64,000 bases of DNA from a virus. Of this stretch, positions 30,331 to 40,780 are shown in pieces. Numbering within the stretch: position 1 is the first letter of the stretch; each line of letters begins with the position of its first letter. The translations under genes and the position numbers were made by a program. The notes beneath the pieces are model-generated. The model was not told the DNA's origin and did no database searches. It worked only from the letters and a program-made list of their open reading frames with translations. The DNA is taken from the IMG/VR virus record IMGVR_UViG_3300014819_000003, positions 27,276-91,275 of that record; one strand, given 5' to 3'.

Positions 30331-30984
30331 ATGACAATAGTAAAAGGGCTAAAGAATATCAACGCTCTAGTTGATAAGCCAAAATATGAAGGTACTGGAT
30401 CAAAAGTCCGCTGGCTCAAGTTGGCAGACGGTCAATCAGTAAAAATTCGTTTCATTGAAGAGTTGGATGAAGACTCTTCTAACTACAATGACAAGCGTGG
30501 TCTTGCTCTTGTTGTTAAGGAACATACAAACCCAAAGGACTACAAGCGCCGTGCTCTAGACACAATGGAAGCAGAAGGCCGTGACTGGGCAGAAGAAATG
30601 CATCGTAAAGATCCAAAGGCTGGATGGCGAGCACGTCTTCGTTTCTACTGCAATGTGTTAGTAGACGATGGTCTTGAAGAGCCATATGTTGCTGTTTGGG
30701 CAATGGGTGTAAGCAAGCAATCTGCATTTAATACAATTCGTGAGTATGCACTAGAAACTGGTAGCATCTCAAACCTAACATGGAAGTTGAAGCGTAACGG
30801 TCAGGGAACTGAAACAAGTTACACACTTATTCCAGGAGTTCCAGATAAGGAACCATATGACTGGTCTAAGGTTGAGCCATTCCCACTAGAGAAGGCTCTC
30901 AACAAAATTCCATACGCTGAACAAGAGGCATTCTATCTCGGATTTGATACACCATCTGCTGGTTCATCAAATATTGAGTGGTAA
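30331..30984 (+). CDS. Single-stranded DNA-binding protein (gp32-like OB fold)
   Basis: WLKLADGQSVKIRF, KRNGQGTETSY; between primase and polymerase. Confidence 0.7.
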   Translation: MTIVKGLKNINALVDKPKYEGTGSKVRWLKLADGQSVKIRFIEELDEDSSNYNDKRGLALVVKEHTNPKDYKRRALDTMEAEGRDWAEEMHRKDPKAGWRARLRFYCNVLVDDGLEEPYVAVWAMGVSKQSAFNTIREYALETGSISNLTWKLKRNGQGTETSYTLIPGVPDKEPYDWSKVEPFPLEKALNKIPYAEQEAFYLGFDTPSAGSSNIEW

Positions 30985-30991
30985 TTAACTA

Positions 30992-33900
30992 GTGTCTTAC
31001 GTTGGGCTTCATGTCCACACCCATTACTCTTTGATGGATGGTGTGGCAACTCCGCAGGAATATGTAAAACGTGCCGTTGAACTCGGTATGCCTGCAATTG
31101 CGATTACAGATCACGGTACTCTATCAGGGCACCGTGAGATGTATCGTACCTGCAAGGAAGCGGGTATTAAACCTATTCTTGGCGTAGAAGGATATATTGC
31201 ATACGATAGATTTGATAAGCGTGATAAGTCTGAAAGAACTGGTCCACTTGATCTTAACTATTTTCATATTGTCCTTCTTGCCAAGAACCAACAAGGCCTA
31301 GAAAACCTAAATAAATTAAATGAAATTGGTTGGACTGAAGGTTTCTATAAGAAACCAAGAATTGATTTTGAAGTTCTACAAAAATATAAAGAAGGCATTA
31401 TTGTTTTATCTGCCTGCATGAGTGGACTCATTGCAAAAGCAATTGAGGTAGGAGAATATGCAGAAGCAAAGAAACATATTGAATGGTTTAAAGATAATTT
31501 TGGTGATGATTTCTATATTGAAGTTATGCCACACAACAAGCAAGAAATTAATGAATCGCTTGTTGAACTTGCCAAGGCATATTCTGTAAAGATTGTTGTA
31601 ACGCCAGACTGCCATCATTCTACTGTTGATCAAAAGATTATTCAGGAAATGATGTTGCTTCTTAATACCCACGCAAAATTGCAAAAGGATGTTACATACG
31701 AAAAATCTAAGAAGCAAAAAGACATGATGGATCGTCTTGATTATTTATATGGGGCAGACCGTCAAATGTCATTCCGTTCTTTTGATATTCACTTATTGTC
31801 TCGTGATGAAATGGCAAATGCCATGGCCGAGCACGGTATAAAAGATGAACAAATGTTTGCATCAACTTTAGAGATAGCAAATAAGGTAGAAGACTATGAT
31901 ATTAAATCTGGTTTAAACCTATTGCCAGTACAGTATAAGAAGCCACTAGAAGAGTTAAGATCTCTTGCTATGGAAGGCTTGAAGAATCTTGGTTTGGTAG
32001 ACAAACAAGAATATCTTGATAGGCTTGAAGAAGAACTTTCCGTGATTGAGGAAAAGAATTTTGCACCATACTTCTTGGTCGTATACAACATGTTAAGTTG
32101 GGCTAAGAAGCAAGAGATTATGGTTGGTCCAGGTCGTGGATCTTCTGCTGGTTCATTACTTTGTTATGCCATTGGAATTACAGATATTGATCCAATTAAA
32201 CACGGACTTCTGTTCTTCCGTTTTATTAATCCTGAGCGTAATGACTTTCCAGATATCGATTCAGACATTCAAGATTCACGCCGTGATGAAGTAAAAGACT
32301 ATCTTGTTAAGCAGTATCGTCACGTCGCATCTATTGCAACATTCTTAGAGTTTAAAGATAAAGGCGTAGTACGAGATGTTTCTCGTGCATTAAATATTCC
32401 ATTGCCTGATGTAAATAAAGTATTGAAGACTGTAGATACATGGGATGATTTTGTAACATCTAGAAACTCTGAATGGTTCCGTGAAAAATATCCAGAAGTA
32501 ATTATTTATGGTGAACAACTTCGTGGTCGCATTCGTGGTACTGGTATTCATGCTGCTGGTGTTGTGACTAGTAAAGAGCCAATATTTAGACATGCTCCTA
32601 TGGAAACTCGTTCTTCTCCAGGATCTGATGAGCGAATTCCAGTAGTTGGTGTTGATATGGAAGAAGCCGAAAAGATTGGCTTAATTAAGATTGATGCACT
32701 TGGACTTAAGACTCTTAGTGTAATTAAAGATTGTATTGACATTATCAAAGAACGAGAAGGTACAAAGATAGATCTCCTTAAGATTGATATGGATGACAGC
32801 AATGTTTATAATATGTTATCTGATGGATATACTAAGGGCGTATTCCAGTGTGAAGCAACTCCATATACTAATCTTCTAGTTAAGATGCGTGTTAAAAACC
32901 TTGCTGAACTTGCTGCTTCTAACGCACTAGTTCGTCCAGGTGCTATGAATACAATTGGTAAAGATTATATTGCTCGTAAACATGGTCGTCAAAACATTGA
33001 TTATTTGCATCAGATTCTAAAACCTTTTACAGAAGAAACATATGGGTGTATTTTGTATCAGGAACAAGTTATGCAGGCCTGCGTTCAACTTGGCGGTATG
33101 ACAATGGCAGAGGCTGATAAGGTTCGTAAGATCATTGGTAAAAAGAAAGATGCAAGAGAATTTGATGTATTCAAAGATAAGTTTATCAAAGGCGCTTCTG
33201 CTTATATTAGTCCAAACAATGCATTAGATTTATGGCATGACTTTGAAGCACATGCGGGGTACTCATTCAATAAATCACATGCTGTTGCTTACAGTACCGT
33301 ATCATATTGGACAGCATGGCTTAAATATCATTATCCACTAGAGTTTATGTTTGCACTTCTCAAGAATGAGAAAGACAAAGATGCAAGAACAGAATATCTA
33401 ATTGAAGCAAAGCGTATGGGTATTCCAATTAGATTACCACATATCAATGAATCAGAAATTGATTTTAAGATTGAAGGCAAGGGTATTAGATTTGGTTTAT
33501 CTGCAATAAAGTGGATATCAAATACAATTGCAGAACGATATATTGCAGCAAGGCCGTTTAAATCTTTTAAAGAGGTAGAAGAATTTACCTTTACAAAAGG
33601 TAATGGTGTTAATAGTCGTGCTTTGCAAGCCATGAACTCTGTTGGTGCTTTAACTTTTCCAGACAATCCAGCAGATCCAGATAAGGTAAGAGAAAATGTT
33701 TATGAGTACCTTAACTTGCCAGAGTTTAATATGCAAATACCACAACACTATTATGCTTACATAAATGATATTGAAGAGTATGAAGAAAAGGGTGCATTCA
33801 TATTGATGGGTATGGTAAAATCAATTAAGAGATCAAAAGGATGGTCACGGGTAGAGTTGTTAGATAAAACTGGAAGTGTGGGAATTTTTGATGAAGAAAA

Positions 33901-34267
33901 CACGGTTATTGAGGCAGGTCGTACTTATATTATTCTTGCAAATGATAATAGGATTGTATCTGCAGTTCCAGTTGATGAAATATCTCAATCCAAAGATGCC
34001 CTAGTTAAGTTTCTAAATTACAAGATGCTACCTTATAAAGAAGGCGAGCACTATGTTGTATCATTCAAGCCCAGAGTTACAAAGGCTGGAAAAAAGATGG
34101 CATCTCTTACTGTTGCAGATGCAGGCAGAGAATTACATGCTATAACAGTATTTCCAACTGCATTTCCAAAAGCATACATGAATGTTCAAGCAGGAAACGT
34201 ATATAAATTTGAATTTAAAGAAACAAAAGATGGAACTACAATAATGGAGGATGTAATAAATGTTTGA
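30992..34267 (+). CDS. dnaE: DNA polymerase III alpha subunit
   Basis: PHP HVHTHYS/TDHG, GRGSSAGS, PDIDSD, GIHAAG, KIDALGL, YSFNKSH. Confidence 0.96.
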   Translation: MSYVGLHVHTHYSLMDGVATPQEYVKRAVELGMPAIAITDHGTLSGHREMYRTCKEAGIKPILGVEGYIAYDRFDKRDKSERTGPLDLNYFHIVLLAKNQQGLENLNKLNEIGWTEGFYKKPRIDFEVLQKYKEGIIVLSACMSGLIAKAIEVGEYAEAKKHIEWFKDNFGDDFYIEVMPHNKQEINESLVELAKAYSVKIVVTPDCHHSTVDQKIIQEMMLLLNTHAKLQKDVTYEKSKKQKDMMDRLDYLYGADRQMSFRSFDIHLLSRDEMANAMAEHGIKDEQMFASTLEIANKVEDYDIKSGLNLLPVQYKKPLEELRSLAMEGLKNLGLVDKQEYLDRLEEELSVIEEKNFAPYFLVVYNMLSWAKKQEIMVGPGRGSSAGSLLCYAIGITDIDPIKHGLLFFRFINPERNDFPDIDSDIQDSRRDEVKDYLVKQYRHVASIATFLEFKDKGVVRDVSRALNIPLPDVNKVLKTVDTWDDFVTSRNSEWFREKYPEVIIYGEQLRGRIRGTGIHAAGVVTSKEPIFRHAPMETRSSPGSDERIPVVGVDMEEAEKIGLIKIDALGLKTLSVIKDCIDIIKEREGTKIDLLKIDMDDSNVYNMLSDGYTKGVFQCEATPYTNLLVKMRVKNLAELAASNALVRPGAMNTIGKDYIARKHGRQNIDYLHQILKPFTEETYGCILYQEQVMQACVQLGGMTMAEADKVRKIIGKKKDAREFDVFKDKFIKGASAYISPNNALDLWHDFEAHAGYSFNKSHAVAYSTVSYWTAWLKYHYPLEFMFALLKNEKDKDARTEYLIEAKRMGIPIRLPHINESEIDFKIEGKGIRFGLSAIKWISNTIAERYIAARPFKSFKEVEEFTFTKGNGVNSRALQAMNSVGALTFPDNPADPDKVRENVYEYLNLPEFNMQIPQHYYAYINDIEEYEEKGAFILMGMVKSIKRSKGWSRVELLDKTGSVGIFDEENTVIEAGRTYIILANDNRIVSAVPVDEISQSKDALVKFLNYKMLPYKEGEHYVVSFKPRVTKAGKKMASLTVADAGRELHAITVFPTAFPKAYMNVQAGNVYKFEFKETKDGTTIMEDVINV

Positions 34268-34577
34268 TGAATTAGCAGAAGAAATACATAAAAATGCAGT
34301 AGACAAAGGTTTTTGGGATAGAACTGCAGACCCAATATTTTTAGCAAAACAAATGATGATGATTGTATCTGAGGTATCAGAAGCCATGGAAGCAGTTCGT
34401 AAAGAAATGAATCCAGAACAGATATCAGATGAGTTTGCAGATATTATTATTCGTACCATTGATCTTTATGCTGGTATGGTTGAGGCGGGGTATGTAACAA
34501 AATCACTAGACTATGCAATTAAAGAAAAGATGGAACGCAACACACATAGACCAAAGAAGCATGGGGTAAGATTCTAG
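34260..34577 (+). CDS. MazG-like nucleotide pyrophosphohydrolase
   Basis: SEVSEAMEA..DEFADIIIR. Confidence 0.8.
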   Translation: MFDELAEEIHKNAVDKGFWDRTADPIFLAKQMMMIVSEVSEAMEAVRKEMNPEQISDEFADIIIRTIDLYAGMVEAGYVTKSLDYAIKEKMERNTHRPKKHGVRF

Positions 34578-35593
34578 TGACAGTTACAGTTGAAGAGGTA
34601 TTGGCACAACTAAATCCCAAACTAAGAAAGAATATTCTTGTTGGAGATGAAATCCCAAAGACTGAATATGCAACAACTCCTAGTTTCGGTTTAAACCGTG
34701 CACTTAATGGTGGTTTGCCATATGGTAGACAAGTTCTTATTTGGGGTAGCAAGTCAAGTGCTAAATCATCCTTTTGCCTACAGTTAATTGCTGAAGCACA
34801 AAAAGAAGGCAAGATCTGTGCGTGGATAGATGCAGAAATGTCATACGATAAAACTTGGGCAGAAAAACTAGGCGTAGATATATCTAAGTTAATTGTTTCT
34901 CAGGCTCGTACCATCAATGAGATGGTTGATGTTGGAGTAAATCTTATTGAGGCTGGCGTAGATATTATTGTTGTTGATTCAATAACATCATTGCTTCCTG
35001 CTATTTATTTTGAGAAAGACTCTACAGAACTTAAACAGTTAGAAAATACTAAACAGATTGGTGCAGAGTCTCGTGACTTTAGCAATGCGTGGAAGATGCT
35101 TAACTATGCTAACAATAAGGTAAAGCCTACATTGCTTGTATTAATATCACAGTCTAGAAATAACATCAATGCTATGTACACAAGCCAACAGCCTACAGGT
35201 GGACAGGCTACAAAGTTTTATTCGTCTACTGTCATAAAGTTATTTTCGTCTGAATCAGATAATCAGGCAATCAAGGGGAAGATACATGTTGGAGATAAAC
35301 TCATTGAGGAAAAGATTGGTCGCAAAGTTCGTTGGGAATTACAATTCTCTAAAACTTCGCCTGCCTTCCAGAGTGGTGAGTATGATTTCTATTTTAGAGG
35401 TGACAATCTTGGCGTTGATACTATTGGCGATCTTGTCGATACCGCTGAACTTGTTGGTCTGGTTAGTAGAACTGGTGCATGGTACCAACTAGAAGATGGT
35501 ACTAAGGTTCAAGGCAGAGATGGTCTTGTTAATCGTGTTAAAGAAGATTTAGATTTGCAGAACATGCTTAAGAGCAAGTTGGAAAATGTCTAG
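34577..35593 (+). CDS. recA: RecA/UvsX-like recombinase
   Basis: GGLPYGR, WIDAE, IVVDS, ISQ, GGQATKFY, GAWY; variant Walker A GSKSSAKS. Confidence 0.9.
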   Translation: MTVTVEEVLAQLNPKLRKNILVGDEIPKTEYATTPSFGLNRALNGGLPYGRQVLIWGSKSSAKSSFCLQLIAEAQKEGKICAWIDAEMSYDKTWAEKLGVDISKLIVSQARTINEMVDVGVNLIEAGVDIIVVDSITSLLPAIYFEKDSTELKQLENTKQIGAESRDFSNAWKMLNYANNKVKPTLLVLISQSRNNINAMYTSQQPTGGQATKFYSSTVIKLFSSESDNQAIKGKIHVGDKLIEEKIGRKVRWELQFSKTSPAFQSGEYDFYFRGDNLGVDTIGDLVDTAELVGLVSRTGAWYQLEDGTKVQGRDGLVNRVKEDLDLQNMLKSKLENV

Positions 35594-35774
35594 CAAATTT
35601 GTAGTATACAAAGGTAAGTTCTGGTGCAAGACTTGTGGAAAAGAAGTTAGCACAATAAGAATTTATCCAGAAACTGGTATGGGTTCTTGGATGTGTTCTG
35701 AGAAACATTTATCAGAGGTTCATGTTTTTCAGGTTGGATATAAAAAGAAGAAGGACTATGAGCGAGAAGAATGA
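35586..35774 (+). CDS. Small zinc-binding protein
   Basis: CKTC..CSEKH. Confidence 0.6.
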   Translation: MSSKFVVYKGKFWCKTCGKEVSTIRIYPETGMGSWMCSEKHLSEVHVFQVGYKKKKDYEREE

Positions 35775-36069
35775 AAGTAAAAGAATCGGTGCTAAACAGC
35801 ACAAGAATTCTGGTCGTAATACTAAAAAGGGCGATGCTACATGGCGTAGTTTTGTTATTGACTTTAAAGAATCAGAAAAGTCATTTACCATCAATCAAGA
35901 CATATGGGCCAAGGCAGTAACAGATGCTCTTAAGGCTGGCAAAGATAAGTCTCCAGCCGTTGTTATTATTTTGGGCAAGGGAAATAAAAAGACCCGCCTA
36001 GCATTAATAGAGTTTGACTTACTAGATCAACTAACATGGGAAGCAAAATATGACAGAGACAACACATAA
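35758..36069 (+). CDS. PD-(D/E)XK Holliday-junction-resolvase-like nuclease
   Basis: E..NSG..KGD..IDFK pattern. Confidence 0.6.
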   Translation: MSEKNESKRIGAKQHKNSGRNTKKGDATWRSFVIDFKESEKSFTINQDIWAKAVTDALKAGKDKSPAVVIILGKGNKKTRLALIEFDLLDQLTWEAKYDRDNT

Positions 36070-36361
36070 AAATACAATAGAACAAGTTAATGGTTTGACA
36101 GAAATTGCAGAGTATATGCAAGATGAAGAACTTACTACTGCATTAACCTTCATTGCCAAGATAATCTTAAAGCCAGACATTCCGCTAAACGTAGCAACAG
36201 TAGAGATAGTTAGACTACAGGCTATTGCAGCAAAAATGTCATTTAGGGCTACGTGGATGGCCAATGTGGATAAGAATGATAGAGGAAAGAAGAACATTTA
36301 CTATACCGCTGCAGAAGCAATCAATAATCTGGTATCTGCTCTTAAGTATACGATACGCTAA
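36050..36361 (+). CDS. Hypothetical helical protein
   Basis: ORF coupled to neighbours. Confidence 0.65.
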   Translation: MTETTHKNTIEQVNGLTEIAEYMQDEELTTALTFIAKIILKPDIPLNVATVEIVRLQAIAAKMSFRATWMANVDKNDRGKKNIYYTAAEAINNLVSALKYTIR

Positions 36362-36387
36362 CTGATATAATAGATAAAAAGGTATAT

Positions 36388-37227
36388 ATGACAAAAAACT
36401 TATTGAAGCAGGTAATGGTAAAGGGAGAACCTAAACCAGTAAAGAAAGAAAGTGATTTTAAACTAGATGGTCTTGTAGAAAAGATTAACTCTGGTTATAC
36501 AATCAAGAATGAACCAAAGCATCAAACCAAGAAAACTTTTGCACCATCAACCCTGGCCTACAACCATGGTGAGTGTCCAAGATACTGGTATCTAGCATTT
36601 TCTGGTGTGACATTTGAAGATAATTCAAATGCTTTTGGTGTTGCCAATAGAACAAATGGCACATATGGTCATAAAAGAATTCAAGATGCACTTATTAATT
36701 CTGGTATTGCTAAGATCTTTCAGGAAGAAGATAAAGAAACTGGCAAGGTAAAAGATACTACAGAATTAAAAATCTCTAATGAGAATCCACCTATATTTGG
36801 ATATGGCGACGGTATTCTTAATTGGAACGATGAAGAAGTAATATTAGAAATCAAAACTGTACCAAATGAAGGTTTTGAGTATCGTAAGAATACTGGTAAG
36901 GCAAAGAAAGATCATATTTTTCAAACTCTTATCTATATGAAGATTCTTGGATATAAGCGTGGAATTATTCTGTATGAAAATAAAAATAATCACGAACTAC
37001 TGCCAATATTAATTGAAGTAGATGATTATTATCGTGACTACATAAATAATGCATTTGAGTGGATGAAAACTGTAAGAGCAAGTTGGATGAAGAATGAACT
37101 TCCAATTAAAAATTATAGATCCAACTCAAAGATCTGCAAAGGTTGTCCTATTCAGAAGGCATGTGAGCAGGCTGGTGCGGGAGTAGTGAAGATTGCTTCA
37201 CTGGAGGAATTGCGTGAAACAATGTGA
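36388..37227 (+). CDS. Cas4-like/PD-(D/E)XK exonuclease
   Basis: CPRYW, GTYGH, DG..LEIK, Q..IY, C-terminal CKGC..C cluster; promoter TGATATAAT 36363-36371. Confidence 0.85.
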   Translation: MTKNLLKQVMVKGEPKPVKKESDFKLDGLVEKINSGYTIKNEPKHQTKKTFAPSTLAYNHGECPRYWYLAFSGVTFEDNSNAFGVANRTNGTYGHKRIQDALINSGIAKIFQEEDKETGKVKDTTELKISNENPPIFGYGDGILNWNDEEVILEIKTVPNEGFEYRKNTGKAKKDHIFQTLIYMKILGYKRGIILYENKNNHELLPILIEVDDYYRDYINNAFEWMKTVRASWMKNELPIKNYRSNSKICKGCPIQKACEQAGAGVVKIASLEELRETM

Positions 37228-37507
37228 AAGGTGCGATACCAAATTTAAACCAAAGGTAAGTTATCAAATTTACTGTAGTGAAAACTGCAGAGATGAAGCG
37301 ACCAAAGAAAAGATCGCTGAAAGATATCAGATAACACGCAGACAAAAAAGAATAGGTAAGCGTAGAATCTGCCTTGGTGGATGTGGAACACAACTTTCAA
37401 TTTATAATGACTCTGGTTTTTGTGCTAACTGTAATGTGCATGAAAAAGCAGTAGAAAAAATGTTAAAAGAATTAAAAGGAATTGTTGAGTATGAGCAAGA
37501 TAACTAA
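37214..37507 (+). CDS. Zinc-finger protein
   Basis: CERC..YCSENC..CLGGC..CANC; SD GGAGG before GTG 37214. Confidence 0.65.
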   Translation: MKQCERCDTKFKPKVSYQIYCSENCRDEATKEKIAERYQITRRQKRIGKRRICLGGCGTQLSIYNDSGFCANCNVHEKAVEKMLKELKGIVEYEQDN

Positions 37508-38072
37508 TCAACCAGAAGTGATTTGTGCAATAGACGCAAGCACTAATAATCTTGCTTTTGCTTTTTACTGCTGGAAAGATATAACTCAGTATGGCAAGAT
37601 TAATTTTGAAGGCTCTAATATATACGAAAAGGTTATAGATGCAACTGCTAAGGTGAAAGCCTTTTTTGAATTATATAATAAAACTACAGCAATAGTAATT
37701 GAGCATACAGTGTTTATGAACAGCCCAAAGACTGCTGCTGATCTGGCTTTAGTTCAGGGTGCAATTATTGGTGGCGCTGGATTAGCAAATATAGATATTG
37801 TGGGCAGGGTATCTCCAATAACATGGCAGTCATTTCTTGGCAATAAGAAACTAACAAAGGAAGAACAACTTCAGATAAGATCAGTTAATCCAGGTAAGTC
37901 AGATTCTTGGTATAAATCTTATGAAAGAGATTTTAGAAAACGTCGCACAACTAAACTATTAGAAGTTATTTATGATAAAAAAATAGAAGATTACGATGTG
38001 GCAGATGCAGCAGGTATTGGTCATTGGGCTATCAATAACTGGGACAAAGCCGTGAAATTTGACAAGGGGTAG
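37491..38072 (+). CDS. RuvC-like Holliday junction resolvase
   Basis: AIDAST, IVIE, PITW, DVADA. Confidence 0.8.
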   Translation: MSKITNQPEVICAIDASTNNLAFAFYCWKDITQYGKINFEGSNIYEKVIDATAKVKAFFELYNKTTAIVIEHTVFMNSPKTAADLALVQGAIIGGAGLANIDIVGRVSPITWQSFLGNKKLTKEEQLQIRSVNPGKSDSWYKSYERDFRKRRTTKLLEVIYDKKIEDYDVADAAGIGHWAINNWDKAVKFDKG

Positions 38073-38074
38073 CC

Positions 38075-38230
38075 ATGGGTGTTAAAATGTATCAGAATGA
38101 AATGTGGCTCAAGAAGCGTTATCACATGGATAAAAAGAGTCCAGAAGATATAGCAAAAGAGTGCGGGGTAAGCGTAGAGACTATTTATGTATACCTTGCT
38201 AAATTTGGATTAAGGAAGTCAAAAAGATGA
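38075..38230 (+). CDS. Small HTH protein (51 aa, not in ORF track)
   Basis: MGVKMYQNEMWLKKRY..SPEDIAKECGVSVETIYVYLAKFGL. Confidence 0.7.
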   Translation: MGVKMYQNEMWLKKRYHMDKKSPEDIAKECGVSVETIYVYLAKFGLRKSKR

Positions 38231-38472
38231 CAGAGAAATTTAATATTGTAGTAGATCAAGTAAATCATCCGTTGCATTATACAAGCGACCCATCAGGTGT
38301 TGAATGTATTCAAATTACACGTCATCGTAATTTTAATGTTGGCAACGCATTTAAGTATCTGTGGAGAGCGGGTCTAAAGAATGAGGAAACTCAAATTGAA
38401 GACTTGAAGAAAGCCATCTTCTATATTCAAGATGAGATTAACAGACTAGAAGGTAAATATGTCAGACACTGA
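38227..38472 (+). CDS. DUF3310-like protein
   Basis: DQVNHPLHY..GVECI..GNAFKYLWRAG.K..EDLKKA. Confidence 0.85.
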   Translation: MTEKFNIVVDQVNHPLHYTSDPSGVECIQITRHRNFNVGNAFKYLWRAGLKNEETQIEDLKKAIFYIQDEINRLEGKYVRH

Positions 38473-38998
38473 AATAGAACTCGTCAAACATCTTGATGAG
38501 GTCAATAAGGTAGTTGAAGAATACTTAAAGGGTAATGATCCAACTAGAATATCAAAAGAACTTGATCTTCCACGTACAAGAGTTGTCGCTCATCTAAATG
38601 AGTGGCGAGTCATGGCATCTGCTAATGATGCTATTCGTGCTCGTGCTAAAGAAGCACTCGTAGGTGCAGATGCACACTACACAAAATTAATACAGCAGGC
38701 ATATGAGGTTATTGAAGATGCTACTACCACAGCAAACCTTAGTGCTAAAACTACAGCAATTAAACTTGTTATGGATATTGAAGCAAGACGAATTGATATG
38801 CTCCAAAAGGCTGGCTTGTTAGAAAATAAAGAACTAGCAGAAGAAATGATAGAGATTGAAAAACGACAGGAAGTTCTTGTTGGTATTCTTCGTGATATTG
38901 CATCAGAGCATCCAGAGGTTAGAGATTTAATTATGTCAAGGCTATCTACCATAGCCAAAGAGGGCGAGGTAATAACAATTGTCCACGATGTTCAATGA
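38459..38998 (+). CDS. Probable terminase small subunit
   Basis: N-terminal HTH plus helical oligomerisation region; overlaps TerL start. Confidence 0.6.
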   Translation: MSDTEIELVKHLDEVNKVVEEYLKGNDPTRISKELDLPRTRVVAHLNEWRVMASANDAIRARAKEALVGADAHYTKLIQQAYEVIEDATTTANLSAKTTAIKLVMDIEARRIDMLQKAGLLENKELAEEMIEIEKRQEVLVGILRDIASEHPEVRDLIMSRLSTIAKEGEVITIVHDVQ

Positions 38999-40760
38999 TT
39001 TCTTTGATGCTCTAAAAGATGAGCAGTTTGAAGAAAATCCAGTAGACGTAAAGACGTTTGTGGAGTCTCCAGATTATTTGGGACAACCACCACTTTCGGC
39101 TATTCAATATGACATTGTTGAGGCAATGAGCCAGATCTATAAGAAACCAGATTTGCAAAATCTTTTAGGAATGGATGTAGGAGCAAAACACTATGACAAA
39201 TACACAAAGAACGAAATTATTCTTCAACTTGGGAAGGGCAGTGGGAAGGACCATACCTCTACTGTTGCCTGTGCTTATGTTGTATATAAGTTACTATGCC
39301 TTAAAGACCCTGCGAGATACTTTGGTAAACCGTCGGGAGACGCAATAGATATTATTAACGTTGCTGTAAACGCAGAGCAGGCTAAAAATGTTTTCTTTAA
39401 GGGCTTTAAAAATAAGATTGAAAAATCTCCATGGTTTGCAGGAAGATATGATCCTAAAGTAAATTCTATTGGTTTTAATAAATCTATTACAGTTTACTCT
39501 GGACATTCTGAGCGTGAATCTCATGAAGGTCTAAACTTATTTATGGCAGTTCTTGATGAGATTTCTGGTTTTGCATCTGAAGTAGGAACTGGTAATGATC
39601 AAGGTAAGACTGCTGATAATTTATATAAAGCATTTCGTGGAACTGTAGACTCTCGTTTTCCAGATCTTGGTAAAGTTGTTCTTCTTTCATTCCCCCGTTA
39701 TGCTGGAGACTTTATTTCGAAGCGGTATGAAGATGTAATAATGGAAAAAGAAGTAATAGAACGTAGACATACCTTTACTATTAATGAAGAACTACCAGAA
39801 GGTCCAGATAATCAATTTGAAATTGTTTGGGAAGAAGATCATATTCTGTCATATAAATATCCTAGAATGTTTGCACTTAAAAGACCTACTTGGGAAGTAA
39901 ACCCTACTCGTAAAATAGAAGATTTTAAAATTGCATTTCTTACAGATATGGGAGATGCCATGATGAGATTTTTATGCACACCAACATTTTCATCTGACTC
40001 ATTCTTTAAACAAAGAGATAAGTTAGAAAAATGTATGACACTCAGAAATCCTATAGATCCTCACAGGAGATTTGATTTGACCTTTAAGCCAGACCCTGAT
40101 AAACTATATTATGTACATGCAGACTTAGCACAAAAACATGACAAGTGTGCTGTTGCTATAGCGCATGTAGATAAATGGGTAAATGTACAGGTAATAAAAG
40201 ATTACGAACAGGTTGCACCTATCGTAGTTGTTGATGCCGTTGCTTGGTGGGAGCCAAAGGTAGAAGGACCTGTAAATTTATCAGAAGTAAAAAATTGGAT
40301 AATTAATCTTCGTAGAGAAGGATTTAATATCGGAATGGTGACATTCGATAGATGGCAGTCGTTTGATATTCAACAGGAACTAAAAGCCGTTGGTATGAGA
40401 ACTGATACTGTATCTGTTGCAAAGAAGCACTATGAAGATCTTGCTATGATGATTTATGAAGAAAGAATTGCAATGCCAAGAATACCATTGCTTCTTGAAG
40501 AGATGGCAGAACTCAAGATTATGAAAAATAATCGTGTTGACCATCCCCGCAAGAAATCAAAGGACTTGGCTGATGCCGTTTGTGGGGCGGTATTTGGAGC
40601 AATATCTCACACAAGTAGGGACTCTAATCTTGAGATTGAGGTTCATACATGGAGTTCTGCCAGCCGACTTGCGGAAAAGAATAAGTCTATGGTAGAATTG
40701 GAAACTAGGGAAGTTCCTGACGATGTTAGGGATTTCTTGTCAGAATACAAATTAATCTAA
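38979..40760 (+). CDS. Terminase large subunit
   Basis: Walker A GKGSGKD, Walker B AVLDE, nuclease HADLA..D, FDRWQS, DHP..SKDLAD. Confidence 0.92.
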   Translation: MSTMFNDFFDALKDEQFEENPVDVKTFVESPDYLGQPPLSAIQYDIVEAMSQIYKKPDLQNLLGMDVGAKHYDKYTKNEIILQLGKGSGKDHTSTVACAYVVYKLLCLKDPARYFGKPSGDAIDIINVAVNAEQAKNVFFKGFKNKIEKSPWFAGRYDPKVNSIGFNKSITVYSGHSERESHEGLNLFMAVLDEISGFASEVGTGNDQGKTADNLYKAFRGTVDSRFPDLGKVVLLSFPRYAGDFISKRYEDVIMEKEVIERRHTFTINEELPEGPDNQFEIVWEEDHILSYKYPRMFALKRPTWEVNPTRKIEDFKIAFLTDMGDAMMRFLCTPTFSSDSFFKQRDKLEKCMTLRNPIDPHRRFDLTFKPDPDKLYYVHADLAQKHDKCAVAIAHVDKWVNVQVIKDYEQVAPIVVVDAVAWWEPKVEGPVNLSEVKNWIINLRREGFNIGMVTFDRWQSFDIQQELKAVGMRTDTVSVAKKHYEDLAMMIYEERIAMPRIPLLLEEMAELKIMKNNRVDHPRKKSKDLADAVCGAVFGAISHTSRDSNLEIEVHTWSSASRLAEKNKSMVELETREVPDDVRDFLSEYKLI

Positions 40761-40780
40761 AAAGAAAACTAAGGAGAAAA

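Noticed and set aside
36388-37227. Cas4-like gene as sign of a CRISPR-Cas system
   Set aside because: No array or other cas genes; solo Cas4-like exonucleases are common in phage replication modules
28170-40760. Inteins or introns in DnaB, DnaE, RecA, TerL
   Set aside because: Normal lengths, contiguous motifs, no intein splice-junction or LAGLIDADG signatures seen
38459-40760. Terminase far from the portal gene
   Set aside because: Split packaging and head modules occur in other large phages; not evidence of a new system on its own
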